Positions 30,001 to 42,281 of a stretch of 64,000 nucleotides of DNA are shown here, one piece after another. The notes under the pieces are model-generated. The model ran no database searches. It worked only from the letters and a program-made list of their open reading frames with translations, and had not been told where the DNA came from. Each line of letters opens with the position of its first letter. Within the stretch, counting starts at the first letter, position 1. The stretch is from Chrysomallon squamiferum (lineage: Eukaryota; Animalia; Mollusca), in the NCBI GenBank assembly GCA_012295275.1, contig CM022671.1:35650001-35714000 (forward strand). The letters are read 5' to 3'. Both the position numbers and the translations under genes were made by a program.

Positions 30001-32060
30001 TTAATAATTTCACCTTGACAACATTTCTGAGCACAGTGTTTGTGTCTGATGATTTTGCCATGACCACGCCTGGACTGTCCAGAAGTCTGATGTGTTTATC
30101 CAGAGTTACCATCTGCATCGTTCTGGTTTTAAAAAACAATACATTATTAAATGGTGTTCAGTATAAAAAATAATAGTAATCATAATCATTTTTAATTTTT
30201 TTTAATAATAAACAGGTTTTTAATTTTAACTTCATAATTACCCGTGTTTTGATGTTTTTTTTTTTTAAATTACAAAAACAAAGGAGATGTATGAAAAATA
30301 ACTCCCACTCTGGTACTGCAAATGAAAAACAATGAGTTACCTCCCTTGAAAACTTACTTTGTTATACCTGGCATGCCTCCAACATTGCACACTTTTGACC
30401 TCTTCAGACTGTTTATTATACTGCTCTTTCCAGTGTTAGGAAAACCTTCAACAAAGTTTAATAATAATAATAATAATAGTACAACAACAACAAGAGTAAT
30501 AACAATAACAATAATAATAATTTAATCACATTCTGAAATACATTAGATCTGTTTTTAAAACCACTATGAAATACTACTTACACAGGATGAAGACAAACAT
30601 TAAACATTTCATGTAACAGTTAAAAATGTTCTGAATAATCCTTAAAAGAGAATAACTATTTTAAAAATTAAAGCCTCACAAATTTATAAATATGACTTAT
30701 ACATGCACAAAAAACTAAATCGTCACAGAGATAATATTAAAATGTCTCTTAAATAATAATTAAATGTATGATTAAATACATTTTAAAAAAAGGAACTAAA
30801 ACACTTTTTTTTAACAATGAACTCACCTACAACACCAACTCTTATTGTTGTTTTCACATCCTTGTTGCGAGCATAGTTACCAAGTAATTTCATCAAAATG
30901 TCTGCTCCGAGACAAACACTAGTTTTACGTAAATTGTCACTGGCTGTTGTCATTTTCACTTTCCTCTGTGCCTAAAATAAAATTTAATATTTTCTGTGTG
31001 ACAACAATTTTCATAAATGAGAACTATTATACAAAAACATGTTTTTGTTAAGAACAAACATTTTTACTGTTAATGATCAAATGGAACAAACTCTGAAATA
31101 AACAAAAATATTTAAGCAAATACACAGGATTTCACTGGGACCAGTGCAGACACTGTAAAACATGGGTCTTGTAGAAACACTAGACAATGAAAATGATTAA
31201 AAATGTGCTCTGATGCTCTCACAATTTTTTTTTTTTTCTTTTACTAAATTTAGAATATATAAATACGAAAAACTTTATAAATACTAAAATTTTGAAAATT
31301 AAAATTAAATTTTCACTCACCAAGTTATCACTCTGTGTCTGAGTTGAGGCTTTGAATGCCACTGTAGGAAATTCGTTTCTCAAATGTTTTAGCCAAGCCT
31401 CAACATTCTCTTTTGGTACCAGATCTGAAACAAATCAGTTTGTACATAAAATACAACAGCATGCTGTAACACACAGTTAACTGTGATTTACCAGAGGCAT
31501 GAAGAAATAAAAAAAAGTCTGAAATAACATGACATACAACTGTGAGAGAGAAGACAGAGGCAGAAGTCAGAGTGTATAAATAAGAGCCTGATAAGAGACA
31601 TAATGGAACAATGAATACAACTCTGCATTAAACACAAGTAAATGAGATGTCATATATAAATAAATCTGAAAGAGTAAGAACTTTTATGTCCAGTGACACT
31701 GACAAAAAACTAAATAAAATAAACATATAATATGTAAGATTATTTTTTTGAAAATGTAGATTTCAAACAAGTTGAATATTTTACCTATTTTGTTAAGGAC
31801 GAGGACTAATTTTTTATTTGTGCCACTCTCCAGTATGGCTCGCTCCACTTCTACACATCGACTACCAATAGGATCCCTCGCATCAAGAACTTCAAGAACA
31901 ACATCAGCAGCATCAATCACCTGAATAAAAAAAAAGTTAAATCATTTATTTCAAATATTTTAAGCAGATTTGAGAGATTTTTAAAAACTAATTTTGAAAA
32001 GTAATAAACATTACTACTTTTCTGTTTGAACATTAATATATATATATAATAAAATAATAA

Positions 32061-32091
<31 letters not shown>

Positions 32092-34742
32092 AAAATGACA
32101 ACTAACACATATCCAGTCCTGAATACTTTTCAAACTATTTGATTATAAAAACACACTTTAAAAAATCTATGATATCCACACATCATACTAGTTGTCTTAT
32201 ACGAACAGAAGATACTGTAAAAAATATTTCAAACATTTGACAAGAATTAAAAATAAATAACTATTAAATTAAAGAATCACCTTTTTAAACTCTTTGTAAT
32301 ATGCTTTGAGAGAACTTTCCATTTTCTTGCCAGTAGCTTTACCATCTAAAACATCTTTCACAGACTTCTGAAAACACAAAAATAATTTTTAAATTAACAC
32401 TTTTTAAACAGGTAATTAATGCTGTCAAAATTAAATATGGTATGATATATCAGGATCCATGTTTTGGTCTCCTGAATACAAACATAAACTTGAACAGATT
32501 AACTAAATTTTGAAACCAACAAACCTGTAGTTTAAAATTTTATACTACCATTAAATTATTACAAAATTTCTCTTTATTTTTAAGTTCATCATACATTATT
32601 TCACTTCAGTTCCATCTGTCTTTAGCCTCTTGGATTTAAAATTATTACTTGAATCATATTTTAGCTTTGATAAATAATTTTTTACATTTTATATTAATAA
32701 ACTTGAGATATAGTAACAGGAAAAGTTATTTATTTATATTTTTACTAATTTATGTGGGTTTTTGGTTGCATTTTTTTTATCTGCAAAGTGTTACTCAGAT
32801 TAAGATCTATTACAAAATGTTATGGACAAACTTTTCTCTCAAATTCTTTCTGTTTTTTAATTGCATCCTGAACCATACTGTCAAGATTTCGTTTTTTGGC
32901 AAGCAGTTTTTCTCTTTCTTTTTTCCGTTTTTCTTTTAGTCTCTCCTGCTCTTCCGAAGCCTGCGAAGAAATAAAAAAATTAAAAATTAAAAAATAAAAT
33001 AAAAATAAAAGATTTAAATGAATAATGTACAAAAGGTGATTTTCAGCAGGAGACTATACAATGCACATAAAAGAGTTGCAATTTTGCAATGAGAATCTGA
33101 AAGAGATCTTCAGAAAGTATATTTAATAAAACAATTATTAGCAGAGACATTTTAGTTGTTCTACAAAAATCAACAATAAAACAATATATATTTTGAATAT
33201 TTTGCTCCTAAACGCTTTAATAATTAAGTGAGTAGTAGTGGTAATATTATTACTATTACTGTTAATAACAATTGTATTATAATTATTATTATTATTCATC
33301 GTAGTGTTGTTGTTATTACATTACATTAGAATTATTATTTTCAGCAATAATAACGTGTTGTAAGTGCTGACCCAGCAAAGAATAACAACATTTAATTAAT
33401 TTTTATGAAATTATATAAATAATAAAATATTAATTCTCACGTACTCTGATTCTCCTCTGCTCAGCTTCCTGTAAAATCTGCTCCTTGAAAGGAAAACTGT
33501 TTGGAATGCCTGGGTCCTTTTTTTTCTCTATGATGTTAAAAAAATAAATAATAATTGAAATTTGTTTAAAGATTCCTAAATACATTTTAATTTCAACAGT
33601 ACAATTGTGATTTGCAACAACAACAAAAAAAGAAAACATGGCTGATTCATCACTTAATTTACTTTTATCAGTCATTAATGTGAGTATTTTTATAAAAGCA
33701 ACATAAAGAATTAAATTTCTAAAAACCTTTCTAACTCTCAAATTGATGAGTATTTGACTTGTTTTAGTTTTTCTTGTTTTAAAATCACGAATAATTAATC
33801 ACAGCATTTAAGTATAACTATTTTAAGAATGCAGGTCTCCTCAATTTTCTTCTTACTTTTATGAAGATTTTTCTTTTCTTCTTTTCTTACTTTTCTGCGA
33901 TGTTCTCTGACCTAGAGAGGAAAACAGTAAATTATAAAATGTTACAAACTTTGTATTAACATATAGTGCAAAATCAAAGTAGATGATAACATAAATAATA
34001 TATGTAATTTGTTAAATATAAATATGAAAATAGTTTAAAAAGTATGAAGAGATGTTAAGTCATTTTCACGTAGTATTACAAGGATTTAGAAACATCCTCT
34101 TTTCTGCTATCTACTTGTAAAGTTGTAGTATTATACTGTTTTTGGCTCTGTTACATTGTTTTTAATTTTGAATGTCTACACAGTGCCACAAATGTGGTAT
34201 ATGTAAAAAATAAATTAATATAATACCTTCTTTTCTACTTTGTATCTTGTCTTGGCCTTCAACCTCTTACTTCGTTTTTCTGAAATGAAATGAGTGAATG
34301 AATGAGTGAATAAAAAAAAATAATAAGTGTAAAATTAATAAATTACTTGTGACTAAGTGTGCTTTAAACATATAAACTGATGAACAGATAAATATATATA
34401 TTAATATTATTATATATCATTATATGAATTTGAACAAAATTTACCATGAAATTATCTAAATGATTGATTTACTTATAAGTTATAGTATTATACTAACTGA
34501 AGTAACTGAATGCTATCTTATGACTTATGAAGCAGTACTTCTATTTCATATTAGAATATTTTATTAATATTATTATTATTATTATTATTTTTAAATAGAT
34601 TAAATCCAATAAATTATGGTCATGAATTATGATAAACCATTAAATCTTTTAAATCTGTTCACAGATCAGATCTATTCACGTTGGTGGAAACTCTTAACGA
34701 TATATTGATAATGTAAAACTTACTCAAGAACTGACGCACCAT
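27040..34742 (-). CDS. GNL3: Nucleostemin/GNL3-GNL3L-like nucleolar circularly permuted GTPase
   Basis: Exons 34742-34724, 34279-34227, 33911-33857, 33527-33445, 32960-32832, 32367-32281, 31920-31785, 31424-31321, 30971-30827, 30445-30358, 30122-30014, 29537-29472, 29026-28884, 28635-28499, 28116-27929, 27610-27423, 27134-27040. Basic N-terminus, [27 protein letters not shown] (G4), GFPNTGKSS (G1), DSPG (G3), KKGGIPD, acidic tract and terminal [10 protein letters not shown]. The sum is 1825 nt, one base out of frame before the last exon. Confidence 0.95.
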
Positions 34743-35619
34743 TCTGAATTTTGAAAGACAAGCTTTATATATGTTAGGAAATTCAACAGAATTTCAGGAA
34801 TGATTATTGAAAACAAAAACACGTGTTGTCAGCCTTCAAAAATATGTAGAAATCGAGACTCAATGGTAAGAATCCGCTCGTCACGATCTTAAATCAATGA
34901 ATGACTTTAGGTCATACATACACTGACATACAAATTTAAATGATGACTTAGCTACATTTGTTTATATAAATTACTACAGTTGCAATGTTTGTCCATCTAA
35001 TGCTGTACATTGCTGTCTACTAAAACCACGAACATCAGCCTTCCTTAAATTATAGAGTACCATTCCGATTAGTTTTACAGCAGCAACTAGTATAAAATAT
35101 TCTGCATATTTCCATGATTTATCGTTTTGTTATTTTGGTTTGTTTAGATTTTTTCTGCCGTTATAATTTTGTTAATAATGATGTATAACAACAACAACAA
35201 AAGAAAAATCCTACAGTTTGAAAATAATTTAATAAGGGTAATCTTAAAGTCGTGGTTCGTAAATTCAAACAAATTTTTTTTCCTCTGTTGTAAAACGGGT
35301 CAGATAAAATACTACAGGTTATTTATGGTTTGTCCATTAGAACAGTTTTGTTTGTCTCTATCAGAATTAAGGGAAGTAATTAGTAAGGCCAATATAGACA
35401 AAGTCACTCTATATTTGCAAAAGCACGTGTAATTGTATTTAGAAAACAAAATAAAAATAAATAAATAAAATCAACAGATCAACAGGAATGTGATCGTTTT
35501 TATACTTATACCAGCGTTAGTAGAACAAACTATAGAAAAATTCATTCTTCGTGCTAGTTGCATTTATTATTATTATTAACAATAAACATGTTTCATGAAG
35601 GTCTCCAGGAGGTTACACT

Positions 35620-36600
35620 TGCCTGAACTTGCCCTGCTCAAGGTACAGAAATAATTCTTCAGTCTCTGGATAAAGATTGTGTAACTGTGGTCGTTCTGCT
35701 CGTCTTGTCTGCTGCTTTTGACCCATCTGTCATTACTCCGACGCCTTGAATATTATTTCTGTATCGTTGGTGAAGTTACACCTCAATGGTCGGTATCAAA
35801 CTAGATATGTTAATAGTGAACTTGCTATACCTTTGCGTGTGCAATACACCGTACCCTACGGATCAGTTCTAGGCCCGAAGAACATTGGCGACATCATAAG
35901 TAATTATCATTACAACACCATTTAAATCCAGAGATGACTTCATTTAACATGAAGCACTGGCCTGTAGCGAGAACTGCCACAAAAACATCAAGACCTGGAA
36001 GCACTGCAACATGCTGAAGCTGAATGTTGATAAGACAGATATGACGATTTTCACTTCTAAGCATAACTCGAAGGCTACTGACTATCATTTACTTTGGGTG
36101 ATGCCTCCAGAACTTCCATTTTATGTGTGAGAAATCTTGCTGTTATGTTCGATTCTATTACGACTATAGAGCAACAAGTGTCGGTCAAGCTATATGCTCA
36201 GATACAGAGGATCGGTAGAATCAAGCAGCGTTTCATTAGTGATGCAAAAAAAAAAAAAAAAAACAACCCCCACACACACAGAAAAACACACCGCTGAATG
36301 AACTTGTGACATCATGGCTATATTACTACACGATTTGCCTTACACCTTGCTCAACAGACTACAACGCGTTCATAACACAGCAGCACAAACTGTAACTAGG
36401 ACATGACATCACAGTCACAAATCGCCATTACTGAAGACATTCGTATAGTTCATACATACAGCGCCTTGAACAGTTGTTCCCCAGAGTACCCACAAGGACA
36501 TGCTGGAAATGTACAGGCCAAGTGTGACTCAACGATTACAGAACTAATTAAGATTAGTAACATCAAGACTAAAAACAACTACACACGGCCAGAGATGTTT
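35620..36600 (+). mobile_element. Degenerate L2/CR1-clade LINE reverse transcriptase relic
   Basis: Broken-frame peptides ELALLKVQ..ILQSLDKDCVTVVVLLVLSAAFD, VPYGSVLGPK, VRNLAVMFDS and NRLQRVHNTAA match L2/CR1 RT consensus blocks (ETALLKV..LLDLSAAFD, GVPQGSVLGP, VRNLGVxFD, LQRVQNxAAR). Confidence 0.85.
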
Positions 36601-36703
36601 CAGTTATTTTAGAACCATTTTAACATGTTTACCGTCATGCTTACATTTATTTTAATATGTTTGTGTCCAGGTCTTTTTATATTTTAGTTTATTAACACTT
36701 AAA

Positions 36704-36735
<32 letters not shown>

Positions 36736-37179
36736 TTTTTTTTAAAGAAGTACAAGAAGAAGAAGAAAAAAATATGATTACACTTGCTCGCTGTCCATTC
36801 TAGTTAAAAGACATAATAGGAGACAAATCACCAAGAAATCGAACCTTTATGTCACATAAACGAAAAGTGGCATTCCGAATCTTGAAAATTGCCCCAAAAT
36901 TACAAATGTATACTGTCATTAGTAGATTACTGTGTATATATGCAGCGTGTTCTTAAAATGACATTGTTTCAGCTTGAATATTCAATAATGACAATATATT
37001 ATTTCGTTAAATATTTCAAGTATTATTTGGCAATCTTGAATTTTAGCAACCTAGAACAGCCAAATACTTGTATAAATGCATTCATTTTATTCTCCCTAGA
37101 AAGAAATTAATCTTCTCATATTTCTCAGTACAAAATGTAGCACTTTAGACGGGATAATACAATTTTTTGACAGCCGGTT

Positions 37180-37350
37180 TTTATTTTAGTCGTCTGCTCG
37201 AATTATTGCCATCGCCGGAAGTTGATATCTATTTCGTGTGGTTTTGGAGCTACACGCGGTCTACGTCATTGAATATTACCAAACTGCATAACCATTGTAT
37301 AACGGATGAAGCGTAGCTTCTTTAAGTAACCAGTTTGCTGGCTATGCCTG
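37180..37350 (+). promoter_or_regulatory. Probable PBRM1 promoter and first exon
   Basis: CpG-rich patch with a perfect ETS site CCGGAAGT (37215-37222) and ACGTCA (37263). ATGCCTG|gtttgt (37344-37350) spliced to the acceptor at 38404 would add in-frame MPDT ahead of the ATG at 38410. Confidence 0.55.
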
Positions 37351-38409
37351 GTTTGTAACAATTTGATTGCTTTTCTATTTGTTCTTTGCTAAAATTAGCA
37401 ACAAATGTATTTAGCGATGTATACTGTTCTTTGTCGATAGCATATATTTTGTTATTACTTTAAATATGTCTGCCTTTTGGGGGTCAGGTAATGTACAAGA
37501 GCTTCGTAGCGATCGTTTTTAAAGTAGGTCTGTCCAGAAAACGTATTTTTTCTCGTTATTTCTTTGTTTCTTAGGTTAAAATTCTTGATTAATGTTGCAA
37601 ATTACATTTAGTTATTAGGTTACGCATATATTTTGATTCAGTTAAACAAATTATTGATATACAGTGTAGATTTATGCTCATTTTATTAATGCATTACAAT
37701 GCCAGTGATTATTATTGTTTAAAAGAGTTTTAGATATCACATTGTAACTTCATAAAACATAAGCATTGCTTATCTTATATATATGTGTGTGTGTGTGTCT
37801 GTGTGTGTGTGTGTAATGTCAGATCTTATTACCATAATATTATAATGACATTAAATCTGAGAAATGTTATTAATAAATTAAAACTTTGCATTTGTCACTT
37901 TAAATGAGTTGATGCCTTTGCATATAAATTAAAATCATACATGTTCATGATATTGTAAAAAATACAGTTCATTTTCTCAGCTAACTCATTTTAATTAAAT
38001 TATTCATATGAACTTATGAGGTTAAATGCATTACGCAGACAATAGAGTGAATAGTCTTTCAACAATAAAAAGCTTGTTGCTTTTTTTTAAATATATTTTT
38101 ACTTCTGTTTAGAGGACTACAATACAACTCATGTAGGATAAACATTTAAATATGTTATAGGTCACAATATACTATTTATTTATTTGTTAATGAAATAGAA
38201 AATTATTTACATAATTCTTGATAAACATATTAATATTTATAAGTTTTATTTATTACTTGATTGGAGGGCAAGTATACTCTGAATCTTACTGTTACTGTAA
38301 TGTGGATGGCATCTAATACATTTAAACTGTTTTCTGCAAATGTTTTGCTAGAAATCTATTTTTAACATCCTAATATTTTTTTTTTTTTAAATGATTTATT
38401 AAAGACACA

Positions 38410-41400
38410 ATGCCTGCAAAAAGAAAACGAAGTGTCCCACCTGAAGGAACTGATGAACGAGAAGAGTCGCCTGCCCCTGCTGTAAAACGCAAAAAGAAAT
38501 GTCTTCAGTATGACTCAGTAAGCTAAAAATTCCAAATGTCACTCCTCTGAAATGACTGAGATATATTAAATTTTATAAATATGTTTCATCTACAAATTAT
38601 AGATCATTCTCAGTGATAACTTGTTTGCTTGATTTTATAAAAAAGTTTTCAAAACTGTTTTCAAGCATCTTTTAACGATATATCTATTTCAAGTGTTTAT
38701 CCCATCTTTTTCAGTAACAGCATATATATATATTTAAAATCTAAAATCAAAATGTGTTGAAGCACTATCATTGATTGGGAAAGATTTAAAAAAAAAAATG
38801 TTATTATAAGCAAAATTAGTTTTTAGTAACTGATGTATTGTTTTGGTCTGCTGAGCTGATCTTTTATGCTTATTACTGATGACAATTATACAAAACTGAT
38901 TTCTGTTTAATGAACAGCAAGAGTTGTGTCAGGAGCTGTATGACACCATCAGATACTACAAGGATGAAGATGGAAGAATTATATGTGAAACTTTCATCAG
39001 AGCACCCAAAAGAAGGTAAACCATTTGCTTTGCTTTTTGTAATATTTTTATTTATTTATTTTTTGTTTGTTTGTTTGTTTGTTTGTTTATTTATTTTTGA
39101 TATTGTTTTCAGAACGGCTGCAGACTACTATGATGTTGTTTCTACACCTATTGATCTGCTTAAAATCCAGCAGAAGTTGAAAATGGAAGAGTATGAGGAC
39201 ATTGAACAGTTATCTTCTGATGTTGAGCTTATGTTAAACAATGCAAAGGCTTACTACAGTGTTAGTATAAATCTACATGTAACTGTGTGTTTGTGACTTG
39301 TGTCAGCTGGCTTATGATGTTGAACTTGGGTTAAAGAGTGCAACGTTTTTGCATAAATCTATCTATTTATCTCTATCACTGTCTCTGTCTCTGTGTCTAT
39401 ATCTTTATTTATATCTACATCTACATCTTGCTGTCTGTCTATCTATCTATAAGCCATTATATCTATATATATATATATATACACCTATATCTGTCTATCT
39501 ATAAATGATTTCCTTTACAAAAAAAAAACTTGCTTGCATAACAATAATAATCAGAATACACATAATGTTACATATTTTTACAGAAAACATCTCAGGAATA
39601 CAAAGATGCGTGCAAACTGTGGGATTTGTTTGCTGAGACTAAGAATGAGGTGATATCCGAAGCCTTTGGGGAGATCACTCGTCCAGATCCTCGCAGTCGA
39701 AGAGAAGTGTCTGTGACAAAGGAACACAAAGTTGAGGATGTTGGTGGAACAACTGAGGATGACGAGGAAGAAGAAGAGGAAGATGAAGATGTAAGCCCCA
39801 CCTCAGTACCTTAACCCCCCCAGCACTGATTCCAAAACCTGAATGTTCAGATCATCCATAAACTCGTTCACTGTTCCTAAACTCTGAACTCATCCAGACT
39901 TTGCTGCACATTTGTTTTTATTAAATAACAATAATAGAAATTGGGGAAAGTGAATATAAATATTGACCAATATTCTTCAGTATTTGTCTTTCTCCTATTT
40001 TGTTTTAACTCTTTAAGTAAATTCAGTTGGTTATACAGTAAATTATACATTATAGTAACTTTACATGCAGTACTAAGATGTAAATGTTCTGTTTTAATTG
40101 TACAGAAGGCTGCTGACGATGATGCACAGTCTACAGTGTCGGAGAACCGTGAACCAGATGATCCTGATGATATAGAAGCGTTGTTCACATCAGTGATGAT
40201 GGCGAGAGATGGTGACAGGGACATCAGTTTAATGTTTCAACTTTTACCACAGAAATCTGTGAGTATGTCAGACATCACGGATTTCAGAACAAAAAAAAAA
40301 TGAGATAATTAGTTGGCAGATGAAATGAGTTTATTTTTTAAATGTCATTAAAAAATGACAGTAAAACATCTGTTATATGAAAACAGTTTCATTGTTTTGG
40401 TATAATTACAGTTTAATGTTCTTCTAAAGAAAAGAATAGAAAAGTTGAAAATTAAGGTTGTTTTTTGAATTCAGTAATCTTTAAAAATTGAAATCTACAT
40501 AGAGTTAAAGCTATTGCTTATTATTAATTATTTTTACACTGATTTAGCAAATACATTAATTAATGTATATATAGGAAACTTCATAAAAAATCATATTTTG
40601 AATAATTTTTGTAAAGTTCTGTTAATTATTTTGAATGTTTTAATTTTCATATGTCTAGATTTAGTACACTAATAGTAGATTGAAAATGTTGTTAACCCAT
40701 GTAGAAGTGTAACTGTGTTTATTAGAAATCAAAATTATTTATGAAATTCCCATTTGTTTTCAGAAATATCCAGAGTATTACTCTGTTATCAGGGAACCAA
40801 TTGATCTGAAAATGATAGCACAGAACATTCTTGATGGGAAATACAAATACATCAAAGAACTGGAGCGAGACTTGATCAAAATGATTAAAAATGCCAAAAT
40901 CTTTAATGAACCCAAGTCTCAGGTTTATAAGGTACGTTGTATGTTTTTGTTTTCTGTCATTTATGTTTTCATTGTATGTCATAGAAACATAAATTTACTC
41001 TTAATTAGACTTAAAAAACGGTCAACTTTAAACACACCATAATGTGAGGTCATTACAATGGATTAATTGTAATACTACTGTGTCTGTGGTTTTATTAATG
41101 AATTAAAATTGTAAATTGTTGTATCCTGATAGAGTTGTTTTGTTGTTTCTTAGGATGCTGTTGCTCTGAAGAAAGTTATTGCTGCTAAAATCCATGAGCT
41201 GGACTACAAGAAAAATGGCCTTCTCAAGACGAGTGAGAGAATTAGGTCAGTATGAGCCAGTTTGTCACTTTTATAACTTATTTCATTTTTAATATTTAAC
41301 TCTTCAAATAAATAAATCTTCTCACATAATTTCATTTCTAACCCTTAACACAATCAGTGGTTTGAATATTACATTTTTCTTTTGATCACTGATCTGCCTT

Positions 41401-42242
41401 GGATGTTTCTTCCAACGAGCAGTCATAAATTTTATATAGATTTTGAAATGTGTATCAAGATTACACCTTAGATGACCACTGCTCAAGTGAACTTTAATCT
41501 TTGCTGCTCAGCTGTTGCCTTTTCTTACTACAAGTTTTATAACTTTTTGTTTCAGCATTATACATTTCCCAAACATGCTTTGGGAATAAAATACTATAAC
41601 CATTTCCACATTGTAAAATCTGAAAACAAAATAATGAAATACTAATCTTTTGTTGTGCTGCTATCTGTGTTTTGTTTATGCAGAATTGTTTTTAATTTTC
41701 TAGAACTCGAAATTCCAACGTACAGAAAATGTCATCTGTGTGTGCTAGTCTCAAATATCTGTCAGACGACGAGAGTGATGTCACCACCTCACAGCTGAGT
41801 AGTCACCTCGACGAGGGTGACTCTGATGGTGATGGAGTTATGTCAGAAGATGACACACCAATGATGGCTCTGTACAAGGCTGTTGTCAACTACAAAACTC
41901 CGTCTGGAGAACAGCTGTCTGAACCCTTTCTTAAACTGCCTAATAGGAGGTTAGTATGTGTCTTTTGTATACATCATTTCCTTACAGGTCTTTCTTGATT
42001 AGCCTGGAAGTTTTCAGTGTTTAGATATATCTTGTTACAGCTAATTGATTGTGTATGTGGTAACTAAGTCTTCTAATTCTCCAGCACTGTAATCTAATAT
42101 GGTGTAGAAAGCCAGTTCATGATTAAAATATGAGTGAAATATAAATATTTTATTTTTTTAAATACATACTGCTTATTGATTCGTGTTTTTGAACAATATT
42201 ATTAATCTAGTAATCTTTCATTTAATTTTCAAGATAAATGAT

Positions 42243-42281
<39 letters not shown>

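Noticed and set aside
27135-34723. Intronic snoRNAs in GNL3 (vertebrate GNL3 hosts box C/D snoRNAs)
   Set aside because: Isolated C-box-like motifs (~32585, ~33646) and a hairpin-rich stretch (~34050-34200) were seen, but no convincing C/D pair with an rRNA guide or complete H/ACA layout by eye. Infernal/snoscan would be needed.
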